Source of the DNA: Mobula hypostoma
Taxonomy: Eukaryota
Direction of reading: 5' to 3'
DNA length: 64,000 nt
Assembly: GCF_963921235.1 (NCBI RefSeq)
Contig: NC_086097.1
Coordinates: 27,220,001 to 27,284,000 of the forward strand
Made by a program: the position numbers and the translations under genes. The notes under the pieces were generated by a model. It ran no database searches, was not told the origin of the DNA, and saw only the letters and a program-made list of their open reading frames with translations. Shown piece after piece: positions 36,110 to 49,293 of this stretch; the stretch's first letter is position 1, and each line of letters begins with the position of its first letter.

Positions 36110-36560
36110 AGTCAAAGTAAATTTATTACCGAAGTATATACAATATATGTCACCTGAGATTCATTTTCTTGCAGGCAATTACAAGAAAGTTTAAAAAAAT
36201 AGAATTTAAAAAAAAACCAAAGACTGACAATCAATGTGTAAAAGAAGTCAAATAGTATAAATTTGAAAAATTAAGTAATACTGAGAAATGAATTTGTAAA
36301 ATCCCTGAAAGTGAGTCTGTCAGTTGTGGAGTCAGTTCAGAGTTCATGTGAGTGAAGTTATCCATGTCGGTTCAGGAACCTGGTGGTTGAGGGGTAATAA
36401 CTGTTCCTGAACCTGGTGGTGTGTGACCTGAGGCTCCTGTGAGAAGAGAGCATGGCTCGGATGGTGGTGATGGTGGGGGTCTCTGATGATGGATGCTGCT
36501 TTCCTGTTGGAGCGCTCCTTGTAGATGTGCTCAGTGGTAGGGAGAGTTAGTCTGTATCCA
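36110..36560 (-). mobile_element. Rex1/Babar LINE 3' fragment
   Basis: GGGGTAATAACTGTTCCTGAACCTGGTGGTGTGTG and GATGATGGATGCTGCTTTCC are the reverse of the family C-terminus/3'UTR seen at 25500-25950. Confidence 0.7.
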
Positions 36561-36759
36561 GCACTCGAGAGATGTAGTGAGACAACTCAGGTGCAGGGGC
36601 TACGATGAGGCAGACTGAGGGGTCAGGAGTTCTTTTTTTAGCATACAATAGATCTGTTCAGGTGGGGAATCAGAATCAGATTTAATATTGTTGACATATG
36701 TTGTGAAATTTGTTGTTTTATGGCAGCAGTACAAAGTGACACATAAATTATTTTTACCA

Positions 36760-36885
36760 GGAGTCCTGATGAAGGGTCACAGCCCGAAGCTTCGACTGTT
36801 TCCTCTTTTCCATAGATGTTGCCAGGCCTGCTGAGTTGCCCCAGCATTTTCTGTGTATTACTTTTTATTTCCAGCATTTTCTCTT
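36760..36885 (+). mobile_element. Penelope-like 3' fragment with variant hammerhead
   Basis: AGTC-CTGATGA-AGGGTCACAGCCC-GAAG-CTTC-GACT at 36762-36797. Confidence 0.7.
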
Positions 36886-38939
36886 GTTCATAAAAATGAC
36901 TATATGTTACAATAAGAAATAGAAACAAAAAACTAGTGCAAATAAAGAGCAAAATAGTGATACAGTGGTGATGGACCATTCAGAAATCTGAAGGTGTGTG
37001 TCTTCAGGCTGCTGTACCTTCCCCCTGATGCTACTTTCGACAAAAGGATATGCCCTGAGTGCTGAGGATCCTTAATAATGGATGCTGCTTTTGTGAGGCA
37101 ATGCCTTTTGAATACGTACTCGATAGTTGGGTGGCTAGAGTCCGTGACGGAGATGAGTGAGTTCACAACCCTCTACTGCTTTTCCCATTGGTCCTCCATA
37201 CCAGGAGTGATGCAGCCAGCCAGAATGTTCCCCACAGTGCAACGACGGAGATTTCCTAGACTGGACGGGAATGGGGGATGAAAGGGAGGTGGGTTGTAGA
37301 ATGGGTGAAGAGGATGTATGCAGGTTTATGAGTAGGGATGGACATGGAAGGGTCTAGTTTGTGGACAGGCGTGAATCCAGAATCCTTATTTAAACTGAAC
37401 AGGTGGTGACCCAGAGCTCTGGTATATTCCTGGTTATTTAAAAAGAGCTACAATTTCAGGAACAGCTTTAATCACTTTGATTGCCTAATGCACAAATCCT
37501 CTTGCAGAAATCAAATCACACTGACTGCCACAACGCTGACAGGAGGGGAATTAACTGAGTTCATAAAGCCGCGGTAATGTGGCACCGGTGCCTTGGAGGT
37601 CACTGAGAGAGAAGTGGGGCTGATAAACTTCAAGAATGGAAGCTGCAACACTAACTTTTCAGTGATGGAAACTGGTCTGATGGGTGGAGCGCTACAGAGC
37701 AAATCTGTGGGAAATAATCTGGGAGAAACTGATTGCGCCTCAAGGAGGCAAAACAAAGATGCTGATTAGTGATTTTTTATTAATGTCACATATACTGAGG
37801 TGCATGAAGTCATAGAGCACAGAAGTAGGCCCTTCACCCCATCTAGTCTGTGCCAAACTATAATTCCTCCGAGTCCCATCGACCTGCACCTGGACCATAA
37901 CCATCCATACTCCTTCCATCCATGTACTTCTGCCCATTGGAAGGGGGTCGGAGACATAATGACCATGCAGAGTGGGCTCTTTGATTATTTTGGCTGCTTT
38001 CCCAAAGCAGCGTGAAGTGTAGGCAGAGTCCATGGATGGATGTTAGTTTGCATGAAGTACTGGCGCCCGCACGGCATGACCACCAGCTTCAGTAGAACAA
38101 CAAAACTAGCCCCGTTCCTCCATCCCACCCACACATGTACATACCCAGGCCATGTTCCTCATCCTCCAGCCTCCCGCAGCCTTATAGAATCACAGACTTT
38201 TGGCCTTCAACTTCCCCAACAGACTTGTAGAGATTCACAGACTCCAGGCTCGCACCATTGAGTCTTGATTTCTGGACTTCTGATCAACCTTTGGGCTTCG
38301 CTCTGGACTTCTGATTGACCTTTGGGCTTTGATCTGGACTTCCGATTGATCTTTGGTCTCTGATCTTTGATATCAACCCAGGGCTCGCTAACGGCAATGA
38401 ATGAGGACCCTCGACGTGGACCCGAACTCCAGGTCTGGAGCTCGAGACTTTCCAGTGATGGGTCCCCAAACACTCGGCCTTGAACCGGGGTCTCATAGTT
38501 CGCATACCTAGGGAGTCACTGCCCCTCGATCCTCGTTGGTCTGCCAGCCAGAAATCTGACATTTCCACATCACTGACCTTCAGATGCAGAGTGCAGGCTT
38601 AAACTCTGGCCTGTTCTCTAAAATCCCCACATCCCTGTCCCCTAATCCCTAACTCCCCTCTCCTAAACCATCTCCGCGAACTTAAAAGATCCTAAAAAAC
38701 AACCAAATTTGAGCCGTAACCTTGACAAGAGACCACTGCTCGGCGCCATCGTGATTTCTGCCTGTCTCAGGCTCAGTGGCCTCGGAGTTGTCACTTCTGT
38801 ATCCACCTTGCTGATAGTCCCCGAGAACACATCCATGAAATAAACCTCGTTAGTTCCAGGGAGGAACGTGTCTCCTCTCATTCAGGAGACACATTCTCCT
38901 GTCCACCCACTCGTCATTAACAACTCTACAGTTAGCACT

Positions 38940-39960
38940 GTTTCCAACGTTCAGGTTCCTGGGCATCATTATTTTGCAGAACCTCATGTGGGAGAATCAT
39001 ACCTCCTCCATTCATAAAAAGCCTCAGCAGAGGATGCACTTCTAGCTGGTAAAATAATATCTTCCCCAGAATATACCGGTGCAATTGTACTCCACCATCA
39101 TAGAGAGCATCCTCACATCAGCCATTACTGTCTGGTGTGGGGCAGCATCCTCTCTCAATGCACAGAAGCTACAGTGAACAGTCAGGTCAGCAGAAAACGT
39201 CATTGGCTGCAGCCCACCATCACTGCAGGACTTGTATGTGTTCAGGACAAAGAAGTGGGCAGGAAAATCAGTCTGCGGACACTACCAACCCTGCAAACTG
39301 TCTTTCCCAAAATCTCCCTTCTGGACACTGCTATAGGACCATTAAAACAAAAACCTCACGCCATCTTAAAAGTTGTTTCCTGCAGGCACTTATACTGATC
39401 AACCATTCTAGTTATCCCCCTCCTACCCCCTCTGTCTATTACCCCCATCAACTTAAACCACTTTTATTTTCTTGCTGGCGGTTTGATGTTTATTTTTAGA
39501 AAGCTTTTTGTATGACGCATGGCTCCGGGGTTGTACATCTAATGGGTTCTCTTTTTTTTTCTCACGTTCCTGCTCAGTAGGTTTTTTTTTTGTTATCACA
39601 AAATTTTGTTTTCAATCTTTAAGATGATGGGTTTTTTTGAGGCATTGTAAGTGTTGTTACTTCGATGTACTCATGTTATTTTTCCTATATATATACAATA
39701 AAAAGATTTGAAAAGAAAGAACTTAAACCACTTTTTATAAAGCTGTTTACATTGTAAATACACGCTAATGTTTATGTGTTTCTATACATTTTATTCCATA
39801 TCTGTACTTATAAAGTTAGTATTATATAATTCTTTATCCTGTATAATGGTTAAATGTTGTTTTTGTTACACGTCGTGCCCTGATCACCACATCACAGCAA
39901 ACCCCTAATAGGTGTAAATGTATCTGGTGAATAAAATTGATCCTTGAATCTTTTAATGAA
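38940..39960 (+). mobile_element. Rex1-like LINE 3' portion (different subfamily)
   Basis: TTCAGGTTCCTGGGCATC (FRFLG), CAGCAGAGGATGCACTT (QQRMHF), ATAGAGAGCATCCTCAC (IESIL); ends AATAAAATTGATCCTTGAATCTT. Confidence 0.7.
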
Positions 39961-40189
39961 TAGGCAGGAAGGCGAGTGGACTGCTTGATAATTTTGAGTG
40001 GCCTCTTAAAAAGGATAAGACATGGAGAATGCCTGCGCGTTGTCAGCACTGGGACACAAGAGGCTTATATCATGAGCTGAACGAGATCTGTCAAATGTCA
40101 GCAACCTGCACAGGCTCCAGCCGGCAATCTCTTTATGATAATTTCAAGCCATCTGCTCTTGCAGATTGACCACGATTCTGGTCACATAC

Positions 40190-41975
40190 CTACAGGAAAG
40201 ATATCAGTAAGATTGAAAGAGCACAGAGAAACGTTTACAAGGACATTGCTGGGATTTGAGGATCTGAGTTGTAAGGAAAGGTTGAATAGGTTGGAACTTA
40301 ATTCCCTGAAGTGTTGGAATGAGGGGAGATTTGATACAAAATTATGAGGATAGAGTAAATGCAAAAAGTCTTTTTCCATTGAGATTGGAACTAGCGTTCA
40401 AGGTTAAGGGTGAAAGGTGAAATGTTTAAGGGGAACCTGAGTGGGAACTTCTTCACTCAGAGAGTGCTGAGAGTGTGGAACGAGTTGCCAGTGGAAATGA
40501 TGGATGCACGTTCAATTTCAACACTTACGAGAATTTTCAATAGTTTGGATATGTGGATGGATGGGAGCAATGTGGAGGGATATGGTCCAGATGCAGGTTG
40601 ATGGGGCTAGGCAGAAGAACAATTCAGCACAGACTAGATGGGCTGAAAAGTCTATTTCTGTTCTATAGTTCTCTATAACTCTAAAGGGAGTTGAATGAGT
40701 TTAAGTTGGCTCCCTGATGCTGACACTGAATGGAAGGGAATGGTCATCAGACTGCTCTGTCCTTTCCTTGGTGGAAGTCAAAACGATGCTGGAATTTCAA
40801 AGTTAAAGTTCTCAAAAGACAAACAGTTGGAACTCCACAGTCAGGAGCTTTTTTGCAAGGAAATAAACAGTCGATGTTTCAGGTTGAGGTCCTTCTTAGC
40901 CCATCAGAAAGGCCTGGACCTGAAGAGTTGATCATAAGACCATAAGACATGGTAAGAGAATTAGGCCATTTGGCCCATTGGGTCTTCACCATCATCATGG
41001 CTGATTTCTTATCCCTCTCAACCTCAATCTCCTATCTTCCTCCCATAACCTTAGACACCCTTACATATCCAGAACCTATCAATGTCTGCTTTAAATATAC
41101 CCATTGACTTACCCCCCACAGCCGTCTGTAGCAACAAATTCCACAGATTCTCCACGCTCTGGCTCAAGAAATTCCTCCACATCTCTGTTATAAAAAGATG
41201 TCTTTCTATTCTGAGGCTGTTCCCTCCGGTCCTGGACACTCACTTAGGAAACATCCTCTCTGCATCCCCTCTATTTAGGCCTTTCAATATTCAATATGTT
41301 TCAATGAGATTACCCCATATTCTAAATTGTCCGCTTCCCTCCACCAATCCTGCTTATCCCTGGTCTCGTTACTTTGACAGTGAGCTATTTACTTTATTGT
41401 TTACTGTTTACATGTGGTGCACTTTACTACATGCATTGTGAATGATATTTCATTAACTTATTTATAGTACCGTATTTCAGTTTATGTGTTGTGTGGGTGC
41501 ACTGTGGTCCAGGGGAATGTTGTTGTGTTTGTTAATATATATGTACAGTCAGATGACAACAAACTTGAACTGGAACTTCACTTCCTCCAGCTGTTGGTTT
41601 CTTGCTCCAGATTCCAGCAACTCCCGTTTCTTGTGTATTCCAATACTTAAATGACGGTCAAAATCTAGTCGCCTCATTATAGGAAGGACGTGGAAGCTTT
41701 AGAGAGGGTGCAGAGGAGATTTATCAGAACTTTGCCTGGAATAGGAAGCATATCTTAAGAGGATAGTTTGAACGAGTTAGGTCTTTTCTCTTTGAAGTGA
41801 AGGAATATGAGAGCTGACTTGAAGATGTGTGCAAGATGATAACATATTGAGTGGACAGCCAGAGACTTTTCCCCAGGGACAGAAGCTGTTAGATAGGTAC
41901 ATGGATGATAGAAAATTGGAGGGCTTTGTAGGAGAGAGGTGTTATATTGATCGTGTAGTAGGGTAGAATGTTAGC
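40190..41975. mobile_element. Cluster of CR1 3' fragments (plus 40190-40685, minus 40933-41330, plus 41650-41975) with Penelope-like pieces at ~40780-40930 and ~41575-41640
   Basis: ORFs ETFTRTLLGFEDLSCKERLNRL, FKGNLSGNFFTQRVLRVWNELP and minus NFLSQSVENLWNLL. Confidence 0.75.
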
Positions 41976-41977
41976 AC

Positions 41978-42617
41978 TGTTGTGTATTTAACATTTCAGT
42001 AATATTTGAGAAATATTGTAAATATGTTGTTTGATTAAACAATCTCTGTTGTTTACATAATTCATTATGGGTTATATGTAAAAGTATGTAAATGGCATAC
42101 GTCATGACGCCACCACATCATCTGTACAGGCCTCACTAAATTAAAAACTAAGTTCACATGAGTTATATCCGGACCCATGATTTTCTTTCGATTAGTTTTA
42201 TGTTTTGGAGTTACAAAACAGAACAGTGGTAACAAAGACGCTTTAAAACAAACCCGAGATGACTACCTACCTGTTGAAGCACAGTATATCTTTTCTTCGC
42301 AGGGTTGGGGAGAGACTTTCAAGTTTTAAAAAAGCGCTGCATATGTCTGTCAGAAGCACAGCAAGATATTTGATTTTAAAAAAGGCAGAAAATGGATGAA
42401 ATTCACAGGTTCATAAACAGTGAATACCAAGTGATAATTATATTAAATAAACAAATAAATAAATAGAAGCAGAAATGGCTGGCTACATCAGAAAGATAGA
42501 TGTGTTTGATTGCATAAGAGATAACTGGATTTTGTATACTGTGCGAATTGAGTGGTATTTTGAAGCAAATGAAGTAACTAATGAAAAGTGAGTGCTAGTT
42601 TTGCTGAATACATTAGA
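41978..42617 (+). mobile_element. Ty3/gypsy LTR retrotransposon relic: 5' LTR, PBS-like site, gag N-terminus
   Basis: Candidate LTR TGTTG(41978)...AACA(42225) followed by GTGGTAACAAAG (degenerate TGG PBS). From 42475, MAGYIRKIDVFDCIRDNWILYTVRIEWYFEANEVTNEK*VLVLLNTL resembles gypsy gag N-termini (W..Y.ER.E.YF.AN). Confidence 0.75.
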
Positions 42618-44809
42618 TTAACTTGCCTCACCTCATCCATGAACTGATTCCACAACATATGGACTCACTTTCAAGGACTCTACAACCCATGTTTTCAAAA
42701 TTATTGGTTACTTCTTCATCTTGGGCCCTTAGCTCCCAGTGAAGCATAGGCCATCGATGACCTCCTGTGTCCATCGTCCTCTGAAGTCGATGGTGTGGTT
42801 GGAGTTCATCAATCAGCAATCCATTGCATCCACTCTATAAGGGATTAGTCTATACAGCTTCACTGGACACCTGCTGTGTGGCCTTGCCCATTTCTTCACC
42901 TGGTTTCCTCCAGGTGCTCCTGTTTCCTCGCACCTTCCAAATATCTACAGGTTAGTAAGTTGTGGGCACAGCATGTTGGTGCTGGAAGCATGGTGACACT
43001 TTCGGGCTGCCCCCAGCACGTCCCCGACTGAACTGGTCGTTGATGCAAATGAGACATTTCACTGCAAGTTTAATTGTTTTGGTGTACACGTGATAAATAA
43101 AGCTGATAAAGCTAATCTTTAAGAATACTTCTGGGAATAGTGCCAGAATTCGAGGGGCTAGACTACAGGGAGAGGTTGCGTAGGCTGGGACTTTATCCCT
43201 CCGAGTGTAGTGGAGATCTGATAGTGATGTACACACAGACAGGCTGAATGTACAGAGTCTCTCTCCCAGGGGAGGGGAATCAGAAATAGAGGGCAGAGGA
43301 TTCTGGTGAAAGGAGAAAGATTAAAAGGGATCTGAGTGCCGCAGGTGGTGGTGGGCATCTGGAAGTAGCCCCCAGAAGAAGCGGTTGAAGCAGGAACAAT
43401 GACAACACTTGGGCAAGTACATGAGAGGAAGGGTTTAGAGAGAAACGGGCCAAAAGCAGGCAAAAGGGAGTCACTTAGATAGTCGTCTGGATCAGCAGGG
43501 GAAAGTTGGGCCAAAGGCCTGTTTCCCCTCTGTGCTCCTCAGTGACTCTGTGTGTGAGGGAGAGTATGGGTGTGGGTGTGTGTGCGTGCGCAGAGCAGTT
43601 AACTTCATGGTCCTATTCACTTTATAAATTGCTGATTAAAGATGCATCGGTATCATTTTCCCATGACCCATTCACCCCCCCCGTGTCCCTTTAACACTGA
43701 CCTTGTACTCAGCCAAGTGGGTTAAGGATACAGCTGATTAGCTGACTGAGGTTCCCTTTTTTAAATGAAGAGTTGTTTCGAACAGGATGTTGTTTCTTAA
43801 TAAAATGATGTACCTTTTCTCCGTCACCCCTTTATTAAGTCAGAGGTGGTGGAGAGCAGAATAATTGGGGCGGGGGGTCGTTGCTGTTGGAAGACCAGAG
43901 GGAAGAACTCAGACCGTGCTCGGGTTAACACTGCAAACTCAGTGGTTTTGCTGTCAGTGTTTGAACACAAGTACACAAGGAAACGACAGCACTTTGGTCC
44001 CACTACATTTTGCATCATTCTGTTATTTTGCGCTGGTCTCTGTGATTATTGTTGAACTCAGTACACACTAGTGCACATAATGATAAACTAGCTACCTGTA
44101 GCGTGACGCTTTACAGTGCCAGCAACCCGGGTTCAACTCTCACCACTGAGTTTGCACGTTCTTCCCGTGACCCTGCGGGTTTCCTCCAGGTGCTCTGGTT
44201 TTCTCCCACAGTCCAAAGACCTAGAGGTTAGGGCTGTGGGCTTACCAAAGTCGAGCTTATCATCATCTGCACGGGTCCACAAATGCACAGGAACAATGAA
44301 AAACTTACTCACAGCAGTGTCACAGGTGCAGAGCATCAGATAAACAGCATTCAGAAGAAATACGTACATTAAACATAAATTACACACGTTTTCACAAGAA
44401 AGAATGGAGCTTGAATAAAACAAGTCCATTGTAGTGCCAAGTGATTGGAATGGCTTTGGTGTTGCTAAACTGTAGTGATTAGGGTTGTGCTGGTTGGTTC
44501 AAGAACCGAATGGATGAAGGAGGTAGCTGTTTCAGAAGCTGCTCGAGTGGGACTTCAGACTTCTGTACCTCGTATCCGATGGGAGCTGTGAGAAGATGGT
44601 GAAAAGGTGACCAGCCCTTTCGCTTTAAACTGTGTCCCCTCATTCCAGACTCTCCCACTAGTGCACTAGACATCTATCCTGTCACACCCACCCCCATAGG
44701 ATCTCATCATTTATTGTAACTATTCTCCCCTTATTCTTCTAAACTCTAAAGCATACCTGTTGAACCTTCTTGATAGGACAACCCTTTAATCCAGCAGTTA
44801 CCTCAGTTT

Positions 44810-47190
44810 GATGGCTCTGGGCCTGTACTCATTGGAATTAGAAAAATGAGGAGGGATCTCATGGAAACCTACTAAATATTGAAAGGCCTGGATCGAGTGG
44901 ATGTGCAGAGGATGCTTCCAATAGTGGGGCAGTGTTGGATTAGAGGGCACAGAATATTAAGATATCCCTTTAGAGTAGAAATGAGCAGGAATTTCATGAG
45001 CCAGATGGTAGCGAATCAGTGGAATTCATTGCCACAGAGGGCTGTGGAGGCCAAGTCGTTGAGTATATTTAAAGCTGAGGTTGACAAGTTCTTGATTAGT
45101 AAGAGTGTCAATGATTATGGGGAGAAGGCAGGAGAATGGGGTTGAGAGGGAAAGTAAATCAGCCATGATTGAATAGCGGAGCAGACTCGCTGGGTTGACT
45201 GGTCTAATTAGGCTCCTTTCTTATGGTCTTACAGTAGATATAACTGCCTCTCTCTCTCTTCATGTCTATCCTGTCTCTATCTCAGCTCTATCTCCACAAA
45301 CAGATATAGTCTGTTCAATATTCCGTATTTTAGCCCTAGTTTCTTACTAGCAATAATGTCATACTGTCATTCGTCTATCAGTCTATTCACAGTTATATTC
45401 ACTGTACTCTGGGGAGTCTTAATGAATTGTTTAGTATGGTGGTGTGTTCAGTGTAGGCTCAGTCAGCCTCAGAAAGAATCATGCAATGCTGCCAGTGAAT
45501 ATGTCTAAAGCTCGCCTTATAATGTATTCACTGCTCTGCTCACATCCAGACTGAACTGAACAGATAAAATTCTCACAGATGCTGTGAAAAATGTCCCTGA
45601 ACTGTTGTTATTAACATATAATTTATTCAGGAAAAGGATTTGTCATGTTTGTCATTTCCCAATTAAAGTACAAGGTTGCTTTTCTGAGTTTGGGTGACGA
45701 ATTTTAAAGATTTTTTTTGGTTTTCTTTTGCATCCTATTTTTTCTGTAAGGTGACTGCCCTTCCTCACCTGGTCGGTGGGTTGTCCCGAGGAATGAATTC
45801 TAGCCACAGACTGATGCTGTTAAGCTGACTAATTGAGCCTGGTTGAAACATTTGAGGAAGTGATAGAAGATATCAATGACAGCAGAGCAGTGGATGTGGT
45901 GTATATGGATTTTAGTAAGGCATTTGACAAGGTTTGCCACGATCGACTCATTCAGAAAGTCAGGGATGCAGGGAAACCTAGCTGTGTGGTTTCAGAATTG
46001 ACTTGCCTACAGTAGTTATGTATAGATAGAGTATTCTGCCTGGAGCTTGGTGACCAGTGGGATCTGTTCTGGGGTGTCTGCTTCTTGTGATTTTTGTAAA
46101 TGATTTAAATGAGGAAGTGGAAGGGTCGGTTAGTAAGTCTGCAGATGACATTAAGGTTGTCATAGAAACATAGAAAATAGGTGCAGGAGTAGGCCATTCG
46201 GCCCTTCGAGCCTGCACCGCCATTTATTATGATCATGGCTGATCATCCAACTCAGAACCCAGCCTTCCCTCCATACCCCCTGACCCCTGTAGCCACAAGG
46301 GCCATATCTAACTCCCTCTTAAACATAGCCAATGAACTGGCCTCAACAGTTTGCTGTGGCAGAGAATTAGGTCATAGGTTATAGCAGGACATAGATATGA
46401 TGCAGAGCTGGGTTGGCACGTGGCCAATGGAATTCAATCAGAGAAGGGTTAAGCTATTCACCTTGGATGACTGAATTTGGAGGCAGAGTATAAGATTAAT
46501 GGCCGAATTCTTAGCAGAGGGATCTTAGGTCCATGTCCATTGATCCCTCAAAGTTTATGCACTAGTTAAGAAGGTGTGTAGTGTGTTAGCTTTCATCAAT
46601 TGGGTTATTGAATTCAAAATATTTGAGGTAATGTCACAGTTATCCTGGTAAATCCTGGTTAGACCGCACTTGAAATATCGTGCTCACTTCTGGTTGCTTC
46701 ATTATGGAAAGAATGTGGAAGCTTTAGAGAGGGTGCAGAGGAGATTTACCAGGGTGCTGTCTGGAATAGAGAGCATGTCTTATGCGGACAGGCTGAGCGA
46801 GCTGGGGCTTTTCTCTCTGGAGCGAAGGTGGAGGAGAAGTGACTTGATAGAGGTGTTGCAAGATGATAAGAGGCATAGATTGAGTGGACAGCCAACCACT
46901 TTTTCTCAGGATGGAAATGGCTATTATGAGGGGACGTAATTATAAGGCGATTGGAGGGAAATGTAGCGGATGTCAGGGATAGTTATTTCACACAGAAAGT
47001 GTAGGTGCATGGAACGCACTACCAGTGTGGCGGTAGAAGTGGATTGAGGGACATTTAAGAGACTCTTAGATTGGAACATGGATGATAGAAAACTGGAGGG
47101 CTATGTGGGAGGGAAGGGTAAAATTGATCTTGAGTAGGTTAGAAGGTCGGCACAACAGGTAAACCGAAGGGCTTGTATTATGCTGTACTC
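44810..47190 (+). mobile_element. CR1 LINE fragments (44810-45230; 45835-47190 with a minus-strand CR1 3' piece nested at 46160-46370)
   Basis: ORFs FEEV..SRAVDVVYMDFSKAFDKVCHDRLIQKV, SKSADD, ERVQRRFTRVLSGIESMSYADRLSELGLFSLERR. Confidence 0.82.
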
Positions 47191-47835
47191 TTGAATGTAC
47201 TAAGTTTTCACTGGTTGTCACTGTCCAGGACATTATGATATTCCATTGACTGCCACTTGTGACAGAATTGATGTTTCGTTTCTCTGTACGAAAGCGCTGA
47301 ACATAAGATTTTTACAGCAGTCCCTAATCCCATCCTCATTAGAAAGAGAACTTTATTTAATTCATCAGCAATTGTTAAAGCACTTAATCTTGTTAAACTA
47401 ACAAGGTAGGACCTCATTAGCAATCAGCCAAGCCTGATCGTAGATTGACCTTGGTACTCTGCTCTGGGAGGGGTAGTGGTGGTGTTAACCAAAGCCGTTC
47501 ATCCAAGCCTGGTGCGGGTCAGGTTGCAGGGATGATAAAGTGGTGACCTCAGGGAAGGATGTGGAAGATGCCTCTTGGAATCTGGGATTGTCATGGTGAT
47601 GTTCAAAACAAGCTTCAGGTGGGGGCTTGGTGGGGCAAGAGCCTGCATGAGGGTGGGGCTCTGCACGTGTGCATGGTAAGGCATCGGAGGGGCTCTGTAC
47701 GGTTGAAACTCTGTGCGGCTGGGGTACACTTGGCCGGTGTTAGTGTCGGTGGAGTTCAGTGTGGACGTGGCTCTGTGTGTGTGGGGTGAGCCATTAGGCC
47801 AGGGAGGAGCTCTGTGAGTGGGATTAGATGTGGAA

Positions 47836-48102
47836 GAGTTTCAGTATGTGTGGGGTTCAGTGTGAGTGAGTTTCAGTGTGGGTGGGGTTCAGTGTGAGTG
47901 AGTTTCAATGTGGGTGGGGTTCAGTGTGAGTGAGTTTCAGTATGTGTGGGGTTCAGTGTGAGTGAGTTTCAGTGTGGGTGGGGTTCAGTGTGAGGGTGGT
48001 TCTGTGTGGGTGGGGTTCAGTGTGAGGGTGGTTCTGTGTGGGTGGGGTTCAGTGTGAGGGTGGTTCTGTGTGGGTGGGGTTCAGTGTGAGGGTGGTTCTG
48101 TG
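47836..48102 (+). repeat. G/T-rich 32-bp minisatellite (two 16-bp subunits)
   Basis: About 8 units: GAGTTTCAGTGTGGGTGGGGTTCAGTGTGAGT switching to GGGTGGTTCTGTGTGGGTGGGGTTCAGTGTGA. Confidence 0.9.
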
Positions 48103-48419
48103 CGCGCAGAGCAGTAGAGACTCTTGCTTTGGAATGCCACTTGGTTCAGTAATGTCTGTCAGGAAGAAAACTGAATGGAGTGATGCCCTTGCATGTCCCT
48201 CAGTCTGAGCACAGATAGGAATGGGGAATAAGTACCAGCCTAGTGATGTCAGAATCAGAAACAGGTTTAATATCACTAACGTATGTCAGGAAATTTGTTG
48301 TTTTGTGGCAGCAGTACAGTGCAATAAAATTCTGACAAGTACAATAAGAATATATATTTTAAAACAGCAAAAAAGTTAGCAAAATACACTTTGTAATTAG
48401 GTAGTGTTCATGGGTCCTT

Positions 48420-48960
48420 AAGACCATAGGAGTAGAATTAGGCCACTCAGCCCATCAAGTGTGCTCCATAATTTCATTATGTCTGATTTATTATCCCTCT
48501 CAACCCCATTCTCCTACCTTCTTCCCATAACCTTTGACACCCTGATTAATCAAGAACCGACCAATCTCTGCTTTAAATATACCCGGTGACTTGGCCTCCA
48601 CAGACACCTGAGGCAATGAAATCCACAGATTCACCACTGTCTTGTTAAAGAAATTCCTCCCCATCTTTGTTCTAAAGAGATATCTCTCTCTGCTGGAGCT
48701 GTTTCCCCACTATAGGAAACATCCTCTTCACATCCATTCTGTCTAGGCCTTTCAATATTCGGTAAGTTTCAATGAGATCCCCCCCTTATTCTTTTTAACT
48801 CTAGCAAATACTGGCCCAGAGACATCAAATGCTCCTCATTTGCTAACCCTTTCATTTCTGGAATCATTCCTGTGAACCTCCTCTGGGCCCTCTCCATTGC
48901 CAGCACATCTTTTCTTAGATAAGGCCCCAAAACTGCTCCAAGTGTGGTCAGACCGATGCC
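48420..48960 (-). mobile_element. CR1 LINE 3' fragment
   Basis: AAGACCATAGGAGTAGAATTAGGCC tail and reverse-strand CR1 C-terminal motifs, similar to 8596-9150. Confidence 0.75.
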
Positions 48961-49293
48961 TTACAGATGGTAGCAGTAAGGAAAGGGCATATCCTGGGGG
49001 GGGGGGGGGGTGAGGTCCTTAGTGATGGATGTTGCCTTCTTGACGCACAGCCTTTTGAAGGTGGCCTCAGTAGTGGGCAGCTTGTGTCCATGATGGAGCT
49101 GGTTGAGTTTCCAACCCCCGCAGCTTTTTCCCATCGTGTGCAGTGGTGACTTCATACCAGGCTCAATGCAACCAGTCAAAACCTTCTCCGAGATCAAGAT
49201 CCAGATTGTTTAATGTCTGTCACTTTCTGTACACAAGTATAAAGCAGAACAAAGTAATTGTTCCTCTGGATCTGATGCAGCATAAAAAATTAC

